Source of the DNA: the human T2T-CHM13v2.0 reference genome, Homo sapiens
DNA length: 64,000 bases
Assembly (NCBI RefSeq): GCF_009914755.1
Contig: NC_060947.1
Reading direction: 5' to 3' (one strand)
Positions 46,253-60,384 of the stretch are shown piece by piece. Numbering within the stretch: position 1 is the first letter of the stretch; every line of letters begins with the position of its first letter. A model generated the notes under the pieces. The model was not told the origin of the DNA. It did no database searches and worked only from the letters and a program-made list of their open reading frames with translations. Position numbers and translations under genes: made by a program.

Positions 46253-47570
46253 GATTTTGGTACTGGGAGTGGTTCTAGAGGAACAGAATTTTAAGGATGG
46301 AGTTCTTTAGTTGGTTTTGGGGTTTCTGGAGTTGGCTGCTTAATATGATTAGACACCAAAATGCTAAGGACTCTACTTTTAATTGTATGCAGAACACTGA
46401 GAGTCCATGGCATAAACTGTTTAAAGAGTTATGCAAAATAAATGCATTTGATACTCCTGATCTGCCGCTCGTGAGAGGCAAGGAATTTAGTGACTCTATA
46501 CATAATACGTTTGACCATATGTGGAGAACCAAGGAATAAAATGAAGTTGGTTGGTTGCTCCTAAGTTCACTAGACAGAGTGATGAAAGAAAATGATGAAC
46601 TCAGGGATTCTATGTCTTAGCTCCAAAAGACTATATTCTGCTTTAAGTCAACTCTAGTTTACTTATAATATCTACTAAAATGTAAATAAGCCTCAAATCT
46701 TCTAAGATTGCCCTGAGTGAGAGTCTTATCTCCTGTAGAGAAAGGGCTGAAATTGTGGAAAATCAGACACAAGCTCTTGTCATGCGAGTGGCTGACCTTC
46801 AACGAAAGGTGCATGCACAGCCTCGCCAGGTGTCTACTGTTAAAGTGAGGGGCATTGATTGGCAAAGAAGGAGACCCTGATATTTGGAATGAGGATATGT
46901 GAAAGGACCCTGATGAGTCTGGGGGCACTGAACTCCTAAATTCTGATGAGCCATTTTCACCAGAGAAAACAGCTTCCACACCCTCAGTGGTGAAAAAAAT
47001 CCCCTCCCCCACCAAGGCTGCCATCAGCCTTTCCACCTTTGTCTGAGGAGATTAACCAAGCACTGCCTGAGGCAACAGTGATGGCCTCCCCTGAGGCAAT
47101 TGCCAGGCAAGAGAATGTTGATTCTGCTCAGGACCCACCCCCAATCCCCCTGTTTTTTTAAAGACCTATAGCTAGACTAAAGTCCCGACAAGCCTCTAGA
47201 GGTGAGGTTCAGAGTATGACCCAGGAGGAAGTGTACTATACTCCAAAAGAACTGCTTGAGTTTTCTAATGTATATAATCAGAAATCTGGGGAACAGGCAT
47301 GGGAATGGATATTAAGTATCTGAGATAATGGCAGAAGAAACATAAAGTTGGATCAGGCTGAATTCATTGACTGGGCCCACTTTGAAGGTATTCTGCATTT
47401 AATGTTGTAGCTTAGGGAGTTAAAAAAGGTCCTAACGGTTTATTTGCTCAGTTAGCTAAAATATGGATCAAAAGATGGCCCACTGTGAGCGAGCTGGAAA
47501 TGCCTGATCTCCCTTGGTTTAATGTAGAGGAAGGGATCCAAAGGCTTAGGGAGACTGAGATGCTACAAAC
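46253..47570 (+). mobile_element. HERV-L internal: PBS region and defective gag, 3'-truncated
   Basis: GATTTTGGTAC directly after the LTR; peptide SPWHKLFKELCKI..VGWLLL; stops and frameshifts. Confidence 0.9.
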
Positions 47571-50500
47571 TAGCCTTGTAGTAGAGTTTGAAGTTGGGCA
47601 ATGTGATACCTCCAGCTTTATCTTTGCTTAGAATTGCCTTGACTTATTCAGGATATTTTTGGGTTCCATTGAAATTTTAGGCTAGTTTTTTCTAATTCTA
47701 TGAAGAATGCCATTGGTACTTTGATAGGAATAGCATTGAATCTATACGTTGCTTTGGGAAGTATGACCATTTAAAAAATATTGAGTCTTCTTATTCCATG
47801 AGCATGTAATATTTTCCTAGGTATTTTACTATTTTTGTAGCTATTGTGAATGGGATCATGTTCTTGATTTGGCTCTCAGCTTGCATGTTGTTAGTGTATA
47901 GAAATGCTACTCATTTTTGTATATTTGTTTTGTATCTTGAAACTTCATCGATGTTGTTTATCATATCAAGGAGTTTTTGGGAAGAGACCATGGGGTTTTC
48001 TAGGTAAAGAATTATATTGATAGGGTTTGGCCGTGTCCCTACCCAAATCTCACCTTGAATTGTAATAGTCTCCACGTGTCAAGGGTGGGGCCAGGTGGAG
48101 ATAATTGAATGATGGGGTTGGTTTCCCCCATACTGTTCTCGTGGTAGTAAATAAATCTCACAAGATCTGATGGTTTTATAAGTTGGAGTTCACCTGTACA
48201 AGCTCTCTTGCCTGCCACCATGTAAGATGTGACTTTGCTCCTTCTTTGCCTTCTGCCATGATTGTGAGGCCACTCCAGCCATGTGGAACTGTGAGTCAAT
48301 TAAACCTCTTTCCTTTATACATTACCCAGTCTTGAGTATGTCTTATTAGCAGTATGAGAACAGACTAATACACATGTTATTTGTAAACAGAGATATTTTT
48401 ACTTCTTCTCTTCCTATTTGGATGCCTTTAATTTCTTTCTCTTGCCTGATTGATCTGGCCCAGACTTCCAGTCCTATGTTGAATAGGAGTGGTGAGAGAG
48501 GGCATCCTTGTCTTGTTCCAGTTTTTGAGGGGAATGCTTCTACCTTTTGCCCATTCAGTATGATTTTGGCCATGGGTTTGTCATAGATAGCTTTTATTAT
48601 TTTGAAGTATGTTCCTTCAGTGCCTAGTTTATTGAGGTTTCTTTTTTTTTAACACGAAGGAATGTTCCATTTATTTGAAAGCCTTTTCTGCATCTATTCA
48701 GATAATCATAAGGTTTTGTTTTTAGCTCTATTTATGTGATAAATCACATGTATTGATTTGTGTATGGTGACCCAACCTTGCACCCCATGGATAACACCTA
48801 CTTGAACATGGTTGATTAGCTTTTTGATGTGCTACTGGATTCACTTTTCTAGTATTTTATTGAAAATTTTTACATCTGTTAATCAAGGATAAGGATATTG
48901 GCCTGAAGTGTGTGGGTTTTTTTTTTTTTTTTTTCTGTGTCTCTGCTAGGTTTTTGTATCAGGATGATGCAGTCCTCAAAGAATGAGTTAGGAAGGAGTT
49001 CCTCCTCCTCAATTTCTTTTTGGAATAATTTCAGTAGGAATGTTACCAGCTCTTCTTTATACATATGGTAGAATTCAGCTGTGAATCCGTCTGGTCCTGT
49101 TTTTTTTTTTTTTTTTTTGGTTGACAGGCTTTTTATTACTGATTGAATTTCAGAGCTCATTATTGGTCTGTTTAGGGATTCAGTTTCTTCCTGGTTCAAT
49201 TTCGGGAGGTTTTATGTGCCCAGAAATTTATCCATTTATTCTAGGTTTTCTGGTTTGTGTGCATAGAGGTGTTCATAATAGTATCTGAGGACTTTTTGTA
49301 TTTCTATGGGGTAAGGGTTAATGTCCCCTTTTTCATTTCTGATAGTGTTTACTTGAATATTCCCTATTTTTCTATATGTCTAGCTAGTGATGTCTCTACT
49401 TTATTATTAGTTTTTAAAATAATCAACTTCTCGATTCCTTGATCTTTTGTATGGTTTTCCACATCTCAGTTTCCTTTAGCTCAGCTTTGATTTTTGTTAT
49501 TTCTCGTCCTTTGCTAGCTTTGGGAATAGTTTGCTCTCATTTCTCTAGTTCTTCTAGTTGTGATGTTATGTTGTTAATTTGAGTTTTTTCTAACATTTTA
49601 TGTAGGCGTTTAGAGCTATAAGCTTCCCTCTTAACATTGCCTTGGCTGTGTCCCAGAGATTCTGGTATGTTGTATCTTTGTTCTCATGAGTTTCAAAGAA
49701 TTTCTTGATTTCCTCCTTAGTTTCATTATTTACCCAAAAATCATTTGGGAGCAGGTTGTTTAATTTCCATGTAACCATACAGTTTTGAGCAATTTTCTTA
49801 GTATTGATTCTATTTTTATTGTGCTCTGATATGAGAATGCGGATGGTATAATTTCTATTTTTTAAAATTATCTGAGGTTTGGTTTATGTCTGATAATGTG
49901 TTCAATTTTACAGTATGTGCCATGTGAAGATGAGAGGAATGTCTATTCTGTTCTGTTGGGTATAGTGTTCTGTAGATGTCTATGAGGCCCATTTGGTAAA
50001 ATGCTGAGTTCACATCCAGAATATCTTTGTTAGTTTTCTGCATTGATTACGTATCTAATGTGTCACTGGGTTGCTGAAGCCTCCCACCATTACTGTGTGG
50101 TTATCTAAGTCTTTTTGTAGGTCTCTAAGAAGTTGATTTATCAATCTGGGTGCTCCTGTGTTGGGTGCATCTGTATCTAAGATAGTTAAGCCTTCTTGTT
50201 GAATTGAGCTCTTTACCATTAGGTAATACTCTTCATTCTCTTTTGTAATCTTTGCTGTGTTGAAGTCTCTTTTGTCTGAAATTATAATAGCAACCCCTGC
50301 TTTTTACTGTTTCACATTTTCTTGGTACATTTTTCTCTATCCTTTTAGTTTGAGCCTATGCAAGTCATTGCATCTCTCATTGCATCTCTCATTGCATCAG
50401 GAGCCTCATGAAGATAACATACTGTTTGGTCTTGCTTCTTTATCCAACTTGCCATACTGTGCTTTTTAATTGGAGCATTTAGCCCATTGACATTCAAGGT

Positions 50501-51176
50501 TAGTATAGATATGGGCAGATTTGTTTCTGTCATAATATTGTTAGCTGGTTATTATGTAGACTTGTTTTTGTGGTTGCCATACAATGTCACTACTCTACAT
50601 ACTTAAGTGTGTTTTTGTAGTGGTTGGTAACAGTCTTTTTTTTTACATGTTAACGCTCCTTTCAGGACCTTTTTAAGGCCAGTATGGTGGTAATGAAATC
50701 CCTTAGTATTTGCTTGTCTGAAAAGGATCTTACTTCTCCTTTGCTTATGAGGCTTAGTTTGGCTGGATATGAAATTCTTGGCTGGAAACTCATTTCTTTA
50801 AGAATGCTGAGTATAGCCCTTAATTCTGTTCTGGCTTGTAGGGTTTCTGCTGAAAGGTCAGCTGTTTGACTGATACAATTCTTTTTCTAGCTGACCTGCC
50901 CCTTCTCTCTACCTATCTTTAATATTTTTTATTTTTTTGACCTTGGAGAATGTGATGACTATGTGTCTTGGGGGTGGTCTTCTTGTGTAGGATTTTACAA
51001 AGTTTTTCTTCATTTCCTGAATTTGAATGTTGACCTCTCTAGCAAGGTTGGGGAAATTTTAAAGGACGATATCCTGAAATATGTTTTCAAGCTGCTTACT
51101 TTTTCTCCCTGTCTTAGATTCTCTCTCATTTTCTCTCAGGAATGTCAATGAGGCATAGATTTGGTCTCTTTACATA
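47571..51176 (-). mobile_element. L1PA13-16/L1PB-like ORF2-ORF1 segment
   Basis: Peptides [37 protein letters not shown] and LTLNVNGLNAPIK. Confidence 0.92.
48018..48372 (+). mobile_element. THE1C-like solo LTR within L1
   Basis: LTR termini TGATA...CTAATACA; degenerate 5-bp TSD TATAT/CATGT. Confidence 0.92.
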
Positions 51177-51625
51177 GGTATGGACATTGTAATATTAATT
51201 CTTCTATAAGCATGAAACCTCTTTTCATTTATTTGTTTCATCTTCATTTCCTTTCATCAAGGTGTTTTACTTTTCAGTTTACATATTTTCATCTCTTTGA
51301 TTAATTTTTTCTAAGCATTTTATTTTTTTCTTGATGCTATTATAAATGGGATTGTTTTCTTGATTTCTTTTTCAGATGATCAGTTTTTAGTGTGTAGAGA
51401 CACTACTGATTTTTGTACGTTGATTTCATACCCTGCAAATTTTCTGAAGTTGTTAGTTAGTTCTTACAGTGTTTTGTGGAAACTTTAGGTTTTGCATATA
51501 CAAGATCACTTCTCCTGCAGGCAGAGACATTTTTGTCTCTTTTCCAATGGATGCTGTTTCTTTTCCTTGCCTAATTTTTTTGGCTAGGACTTCCATTACT
51601 ATGTTGAATAGAAGTGGTGACAGTG

Positions 51626-52386
51626 TGTTAGGGGACCACAAATATCTGAATTGCCAACTGGTCTGCAGCAACCTGAATTCTTGCCTCCTCAGAAGAGATA
51701 ATTCAACTGAGCAGCATAAGTCAGAAAAAGAGACCAAGGCAAGTTTCAGAGCAGGAGTGGAAGTTTACTAAAAAGCTTCAGAGCAGAAAAGAAAGGAAAG
51801 TACACTTGAAAGAGACCCAAGAGTGCACTTTTGAGGTCAACCGCCCCATTTAACCTTATCCTAGGGCATTATATGCTGGCTGACTTCCGGTGTCTTACAT
51901 CCGCTTCCCTTCGTTCTTCTCTAAGGGTGAGCCGCCGCATGTGCGGTGCCCTCTTTACTCTTGGGAGGCGAGCATGTGCAGGGTGTTTAGGAAGTTGTAT
52001 GCATGCCCACTTGAGGCTTTCTTCCCTTTTCCAGTGGAATGACCCCGGAAGATTATACTTTGCCATTTTGCCTCTTAATGTGCATGCTCAAGCTCACTCA
52101 CCGAATTTCTGAGATTTTATTGAAAACTGATTACCCGTTTCAAGTGTTTTTATCTGTTTGAGAAATTGCCTTTCCCTGGTGCCTGTGTTCAATTATCACT
52201 TTAGTGTGACAACTGTAGACCATGAGGAAATTGCCTTCCCCTGGTACTGACTGCCAATTATCATTTTTTACAGAGCAGTGTGATAACTGCGGAACCATCA
52301 CTTTACGGTCCTGTGACATTCCTGGTGGGTGTAGGAGGGACCTCTCACCTGCCTCACTTATGCCTGGCTAGCTATCTACTGTAACC
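51626..52386 (-). mobile_element. MER50-like ERV1 solo LTR
   Basis: Reverse complement begins GTTACAGTAGATAGCTAGCCAGGCAT; 4-bp TSD AGTG/GGTG. Confidence 0.85.
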
Positions 52387-52615
52387 GGTGGGCATTCTTG
52401 TCTTTTTCCTAATCTTAAAAAAAGACTTTCAGTTTTTCACAATTGAATATGATGTTAGTTGTCGGCTTGTGATATATGACCTTTATTTGCTGAGTGTTAT
52501 CATAAAAGTATGTTGAGTTTTGTGCGATGATTTTTCCTCATCTATTGAGATGATTATATATTTTTTTGCTTTCATTTTATTACTGTGATGCATCACATTT
52601 ATTGATTCGTGTATT

Positions 52616-52957
52616 GTATTAGTACGTTTGTATTACCATAAAGGAATATCTGAGGCTGGGTAATTTATAAAGAAAAGTTCATTTGGCTCATGGCTCTGTG
52701 GGTTCTACAAGAAGCTTGCTGCTGGCAACTATATCTGGTGAGAGAGGCGGAAGTGTCTGGCTGTTTTCAGCGACCATTTCTCATGGAAACCTATTGTGAC
52801 CGCTCACTCACTCCCTTGAGAACAGCACCAAGCCATTCTTGAGGGTTCTGTCCCTGGGGTCCAAACATCTCCCACCAGGCCCCACCTCCAACATTTGGAA
52901 TCAAATCTCAATAGGAGACTTGGTGGTGCTCAACAAAGCATATTCAAACCATAGGAC
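52616..52957 (-). mobile_element. MSTB-like MaLR solo LTR
   Basis: TGTATTAGT..GAGGCTGGGTAATTTATAAAGAAAAG..CAGGCCCCACCTCCAACA..CAAACCATAG. Confidence 0.85.
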
Positions 52958-53394
52958 ATGTATCGAACCAATTTTGCATTCCATGACATGAAATTGAATA
53001 GAAACATATTAACCAAACAAGAACTACTATAATATACCTAGGGATTAATTTTAAATAAGTATTCAAAAAATTCACACACAAATTATATTTTTTCCCAGGA
53101 AAAGATAAATATTGCCAATGTACTGCTATTTGACCTCAAACAAGTCAGATTAGGAGTCTCCTCAAACAAGGAAGCTTTTGACTTGGAGAAGTTAACTGTT
53201 GTTTTTAGTTTATGATTGATTGAGACAAATATATGAAGATACCTTGGTAAATGAAAACAAAGATAAAATCCTAATCAATACCTTATATCATAAGATTCCA
53301 ATTCAAGTAATTTCAAATTTCAAAACATACCATACTGTTTTCCTATTCAAAACAACTCACTTGTCAAACAACATGTAAGAATTTGGGTAAGCAA

Positions 53395-53510
53395 TTTTTC
53401 TTATTTTTTCTTTCATTATACTTTAATTTCTGGGATACATGTGCAGAACGTGCAGATTTGTTACATAGGTATACACATGCCATGGAGGTTTGCTGCACCC
53501 ATCAACCCGT
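53395..53510 (-). mobile_element. Very short L1PA7/8-like 3' end
   Basis: TTATACTTTAA..GGGATACATGTGCAGAACGTGCAG..GCACCCATCAACCCGT. Confidence 0.9.
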
Positions 53511-54679
53511 AAGGATTCTTAATAAAATTTACTCACATCATTAAATTACTGTTCTTGATAACAGAAGATATGTTTAGACGTGCAGTAAATGCTAAGAAAC
53601 TCATGGATAAAATGGCAATATAGTCTATTCGAACTCCTCATGCGGCACTCACATACCTGAATATGCATGAACATCATAGGTCTAAAGGACCACGTGTCAA
53701 TGAGAAGGGAAGGACATAATCCCTAAAACAGCCTGGACTAGTGCTGACTGGCTGGTTTTGGTCTGCAATAAAAAGCAATTAACTGATGATAACAAAATGT
53801 TAAGTGGTTTCATTTTTACATCTCCATACATTGAAATCAGGTATTAATCATTTTGAGAAAACTAAAAAGTCTTTGGGAAATAAGAGAGTCATTAGGTTGA
53901 GACAGAAAATACATATAAATAACTTAAGAAATTTATGATAGGCAGTGATAGTCAAAAAATCAATTTTTACTCAATTCTACTTACCATAAAAATTGTATAA
54001 ATCTCATGCACAAATTGATTAGGTAACATTCAATACAGAAAGGAAGAGGAGTAAAAACTATTTGGAGAATTATGAAACAGTACACATATTCAGAGTTATG
54101 TACATGTTGGTGGAAGAGAAAGCCCTGTTGCAAAAATGATTTTATTCAAATTCTTTGTAGTATTGACATGATAGAAACCCCAATGAGATATTTAGGTAAA
54201 TTTAAGAAACTAACACTGATCTCAAAGCATAATGAGATGAAAGTATTCAAGGAATAAAAGAAAGGAATAAAAGAAAGACTTCTGCAAGAAAAGAGTCTAA
54301 ATTGTAGTTTCAAGCTATAATAATTAAGATATCATGTAATGCTCTCTGGTAAGTTTCTGTAGATCTCAGGAACACAACTAATAGCACCAATAATATTAAA
54401 TAATTTTGACATCAGAGAGAGGAAAAATTGGAAATCAGAACTTGTACTAACATTCATCTGTGGATTTCAAGACACATGAATATAAACTGTGAATATAAAC
54501 ATATGAATATAAACTCTATAGATATCTATAATGTATTGCTGTGTGAGAAAATCAAATTGCAGAATGCGTATTATAAGATCCAGCTTTGTAAAATGCAATT
54601 CTAAACACTATGTCAGTATACATCTATGTTTATGTATTTATTTAAACACAGAAAAGTCATTCATCATCTACGAAGTTTA

Positions 54680-55440
54680 CTCCTCCCAGCTTCAAATTTC
54701 TCAGGCAATAAAAATCCCTATTCTGAGAAATGGTAATAGTATTAATAGTAATAAAACCAATACAATTAGAATTGACTGAGAGTGACAATGAGTCAGACAA
54801 TGTGCTGAGTGCTTTCATCTGGTAATTGTCTTAATCATCACATCAATCTTATGGAAGAGATTCTCCCATTATTGCTAATTTAGAAGTTTGTCTCAAGGAT
54901 CACAGGTGCCAATACATTTGTATAGACACATAATAAATTATTATACACATTTTTTCACATAACAATGCACAATTAGGAATTATATTTTTGTATTTTAAAA
55001 CTAAAATATGGACATATCTACATATACAGCTTAGAAATCTTTCTCTGGTTACACTAAGAGAAACTGACATTGTATTGAACAAATTGACAAAGAAAATCTT
55101 TAAAAACATTAGCACCAGCTACTCTCTTGTTTTCTGACTTGAAACAAGTCACTAATCTTCTCCAAGTCTCAAACTTCCCATTCCGAAAAAGAAGGCAATG
55201 ACTGTCTCATCATAATAAAAGAACAATAACGATAGAATCATAATGTAGTTAGAAACATTCACTGAACGTTTACTCAGGTGTCACAGAGTGTGGAAATGCC
55301 TTAATGGGAATAACCTCTCTTTACCCTCAAAAACATCTGATGCCATAGATATTATTCATTCTATGCTGCAGGACTGCTACTAGAATTAAATGAGGCAGGA
55401 TAGGGGGTAAATCGTATGTTTGTGAACTAAAAAGTGACTC
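54680..55440. mobile_element. Cluster of MIR-like remnants
   Basis: CAAGTCACTAATCTTCTC..TCTCAAACTTCCCAT and TGTGCTGAGTGCTTT motifs. Confidence 0.5.
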
Positions 55441-55574
55441 AGAAACCTAAGTAATTATATTATTTTAGTAAATTTGATTCTGTTCTCCAAAAATATCATA
55501 CAGCAGACCCATTTAGAAGTTACATGCCTAGCTACAAAGATGTAAGCACTGTAATTCTTATTCTTTATTTCTTC

Positions 55575-56150
55575 CTTCCATCATTCAGAGAAAAAATATT
55601 AACTGCCTATGTGTGAGGCACTGTTTATGTGTGGGATAAATCACTGAACAAACCAGAGATCTCCAGTCATGATGGTTTCATTCTGCTGGGAGGAGGAAGA
55701 CAAGGAAACAAGTTAAGACAACTCATCCCAGTTTGCATGGGACTTTTCTGGTTTTAAAACTGAAAAGTTCCACAACCTGGGAAACCCCTCCACCCCTTAC
55801 TTCCAAGCAAGCCTAGACGATTTTTCACTCTACAGAAAACATAATGAATAAATGAAAAACCATGCTAGAATGTGATATGCGATATGAGATAAAGAAGCAA
55901 GTGAGTAAAGCAAGGTGGGAGATTGGAAAAGCTAAAGACAAAGATGAGAATGCTGTATTAATTGGAGAGGTCATAGTAGGCATGATTGAGTAGGTGACAT
56001 TGGACCAAAGATCCTTGAGTTTTAAGAGTCAACCCAACTGATAGCTGGGAGGAAGACTCTTCAGAAAGAGCAAGCAGTCATTTCGAAAATCTGAGGGAGA
56101 CTGTAACGGGGGTGTCTGAGGAACAGCAGAGAGGCTAAGGTGGCTGGAGA
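55575..56150 (-). mobile_element. L2 3' fragment containing a MER94-like insertion (about 55712-55832)
   Basis: TCATTCA..GCCTATGTGTGAGGCACTGT..GGTGACATT; CATCCCAGTTTGCATGGGAC..GGTTTTAAAACTGAAA. Confidence 0.7.
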
Positions 56151-57619
56151 CCTAAATATCTCTCATGTGTTGTGGTTTTAGGTGACTGACTATGGAAATC
56201 TGGAGAATCTGGCAAAAATTCCTCTCTAAAGAGACTAACCGAGGGCCCAGATTTCACAGCAGGGTTCTAGCAGGCAGAGTATGAGGGGTGGGGAGGAAAG
56301 CCTAGATGCAAATCAAGTCTATTATCTCCCTCGGTTTTAATAACTACCCGTTGTGACTATGTAAAGTGAGGACTAATGTTAATTTTGCAGTGCAAACACA
56401 TGAATGATATTAGCAAAGCATACAACCCATGAATCTCCCCTTCTCCTCTAAAACAGCCTTAAGCAAGTTGGGCAGATTGAAAATAAAACTAGACAAATTA
56501 TTATTTCATCAGTATTACACCACCATTAATTATTTTGAAAAGTTAACCAAATTTAGTATGAATTTGTAATTCACAACATTTGAAAATTTAGAACGATATT
56601 TATTAAGAATTCCTCAAGTTCTATACAAAAAACGATAAACTTTTTCTAAACAAGTGAAAGTAGTTCACAAAACCATGTATGTACATTATGTGGCTTAGGG
56701 AATGTCAATATCAAAATTTGTTATATTTTCTCAAAAAATCTTTGATTTTTCACAACAGTTAAATTAAAAATAAAAATGTAATGTTACCTTATTAGAAATT
56801 TTAAAAATATATTTAAATTTCAACTGGAAAAGTATGTAGCTCTTAGGTGAGATAATATAGACAATATTACTTGAGAACTAAAAAAAAGGTAATGGGGCAT
56901 ATTTACTACTATAGATATTGATCCTACATTAATTACAACAACGAGTATTATACAAGAATTGACAAAGAATTCTTAAACAGAATTAATCATCTAATAGTGT
57001 TGAGCACAGTCATGGTTGTAAAGCAAAATATAATTAAACACCCAGGCAATGCAAACTAATGCATTTTGCATGGGCAACAAAAAATGAATTTAAAGATATA
57101 ACACAATAGAATCATATGGAAAAGGAGGATAACCATGACTTAGTGTTAAGTAGGAATGTAAAATCCTAAAATAAATTAAGCTACATGGATATCCATTATT
57201 CACTTTTAAATTTGAAAAGAGGCATATTGCGGAATGAGTATTTTAAGATCCCCTTTTTAATATATATTCATAACTCTTATTTGAAAATTGTGTACACTAT
57301 AAAGATTAATTATAAACAGAAGGTTTGAAGAATACTGAAGAGCTTAAACAAATACCAACCCATGCCACAGAATATGAAAATCTGATATTATAAAGCTGTT
57401 AAATTTTAAACATTTGCATATATTTTCTATATATAAGAAACTTGAAATCCCTATTAAAAGGTTTTGAGAATTTGGTAAATTATTATTAAAACTCCATTTG
57501 TGATAATGTACTTCTGAGAGTAATCAAGGTAAACCTAAAAAGAAATTATAGAAAGGGTATTCACTATACAAATAATTGAATTTGTGATCAATTGCAATAA
57601 TTGTAATAATGTGTTTTGA

Positions 57620-58010
<391 letters not shown>

Positions 58011-58290
58011 CATTATATTTTGTTTTGTTCATTAGATATTTGGGAAAAACTGTCAGATTAGAATCTCATTTGAAATGATACACTCCAATGCAATCCATAA
58101 AGGATTGAAAGTTGAGTTTCCCATCATTAAGCAAAAATATTTATGAGATATCCATGATAATATTCTTAAGACCAAAAATATTTGCTGAATAGTGATTCTT
58201 CACCATCTGGTTTGGGTGGAAGAAGAGATAAGAATGGCATAAAAATAAAACCTGTGTGTATACATGCTTAATGATTTAGCATGCTTTATC

Positions 58291-58644
58291 TGTTATTGTC
58301 TGAATGTTTGTGTATCTCCCCAAAATCTATATATTGAAATCATAACCCCCAATTTGATGGTTTTTGGAGGTGGGAACTTTGGGAGGTAATCAGGTAATGA
58401 AGGTGAAACCTTCATGAATAAGATTAGTGCCCTTTTAGTAAGTCAGAAAACTAGCTAGCTCTTTCTGCCATGAGAATTCAAGAATTTGGCAGTCTGCAAC
58501 ACAGAAAAGGGCCCTTACCAAAAACAGATCATGCCAGCATCATGATCTCAGACTTCCATCCTCCAGAGGCATAAGAAATAAACTATTGTTGTTTATAAGC
58601 CACCCAGTCTATGGTACTTTATTATAGTAGCCTGAACTAAGACT
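58291..58644 (+). mobile_element. MLT1A-type MaLR solo LTR
   Basis: TGTTAT..TCTGAATGTTTGTGT..TTTATAAGCCACCCAGTCTATGGTA..ACTAAGAC. Confidence 0.88.
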
Positions 58645-59049
58645 CATGTGTCTACCAAAATTATACTTTGAGATTTTACAGAAAAATTGGTGACTATTAA
58701 ATTGTTCAATTTTTACACCAAAAGTCTCCAGTGAGTTTGGTTTTTGGATGGCTTCCAGGATAGCCCTGGAAGAGTTAGCTACCAAAACCCATCAAACTTG
58801 GTACCCAAGGGCTCAACTGCAGAGCAGAGAGGAAAAATACAGGAATAAAACTTAGGGTAGGGGGATGTTAGATTTGGGTAGGAGTTAGTGTTAGGTGGAG
58901 AGTGGGGTTAGACCAGAAAATAATCCATGAAGCAAAGGAGCTTCCTCATTTACATTATGGGGAGGAAATTATAGCATATATTCATTAGGATGATTTGTTG
59001 TGTGATTTAGTGGGCTCACTTTCTTGTGCCACACAAAACAATATCTACC

Positions 59050-59199
59050 AAACTGAATCAAGCAACATACAAACAAGATTACACACTAGGACCAAGTGGG
59101 ATTTTTTCCAGGAATGCAAAGATGGTTTAACATCTGAAAATAAAACAAATATAATACAACATATCAACAGAAGAAATGAGAAAGACTATTCATTTCTCA

Positions 59200-59230
<31 letters not shown>

Positions 59231-60380
59231 CTAGACAAAACCTACCACTTTTTCATGATAAAAATGCCCCCAAAACTAAGAATAGAGTAAAACTTACTAA
59301 ACCTGATAAGGGCCATATATAAAAAACCCACAACTAACATCATACGTAATTGTTGAAGACTGAATGCTTTCCCTTGAGTATCAATAGCAAAGCAAAGATA
59401 TTCACTTTAATCATTTCTATTAAACATTTTACAGGTAGTTCTAGCTAGGAGGATCAGGCAAAATGAATAAATAAAAAGGGTCTACGTTGTTAAATAATAA
59501 GTACAACTGTATCTATTCATGAATGAAATAATTGTGAATTCATCAAAATCCACAAACTTTATTAGAATTAATAAGTAAATTCCGCAGAGTTGCTGGACAC
59601 AAAAATATCAATATACAAAAATAAATTTTATTTCCTTATGGTTGCAATGAACAATCCAAAGTGAATTTAAGGATATGCAATTCAATCATAATCACATTAA
59701 AAAAGAATGAAATACATAGGAATAAATATAAAAAAGAAGTGCAAGATTTATTGACTAAAAATTCCAAAGCATCACTGAAAAAAATTGAAGAAGACCTAAA
59801 GGCATAAACAAAAGACCTCTCCTGTTCATGGATCAGAAAATGTAATAATGTTAAGATATACTACTTCCCAAATTAATTTACAGATTCAATGCAATCTCTA
59901 TCAAAATTCCAACTGCTTGCATTAAAAAATGAACAGATGATCTTAAAATACATATGGAAGTACAAGGGATGAAGAATAACCAAAACAACCTTGAATAAGA
60001 AATATAGAAGACTCAGACTTTCTGGTTACAAAATTCACTAAAAAGCTATAATAACCAAGACAGTGTGGTGCTGCAGAGAGATATTCATTGATCTATCAAT
60101 GAGATAGAATTGAGTGTCCAGAAAGAAAGCCCTACATTGGTAATCAATTGATATTTAACAAGATAGTACAAAAATTTAATGAGGAAAAAGATATTCTTTC
60201 AAACATATTATGCTGACAAAATTCCATATCAACATATAAAAGAAAAATTGGATCCTATGTCACACCATATATAAAAATTAACTGAAAATGCATTTAAAAC
60301 TTAAATGTAAGAGCTGAAACTATAACAGTCTTAGAAAAAGGCGTTGGTATTAACTTTCATGACTATGGTGTAGGCTAGGG
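59050..60380 (+). mobile_element. L1MB/MC ORF2 segment with (CA)n at 59199-59230
   Basis: GACCAAGTGGGATT..CAGGAATGCAA..CAGATTCAATGCAATC. Confidence 0.85.
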
Positions 60381-60384
60381 TTTC

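Larger units (their letters stand above)
51177..52990 (-). mobile_element. Older L1M ORF2 segment interrupted by MER50 and MSTB
   Basis: [14 protein letters not shown] peptide; sequence collinear across both inserts. Confidence 0.8.

Noticed and set aside
54477-54515. TGAATATAAAC repeated three times; similar small duplication at 24794-24845
   Set aside because: Ordinary slippage duplications in AT-rich DNA with no further structure
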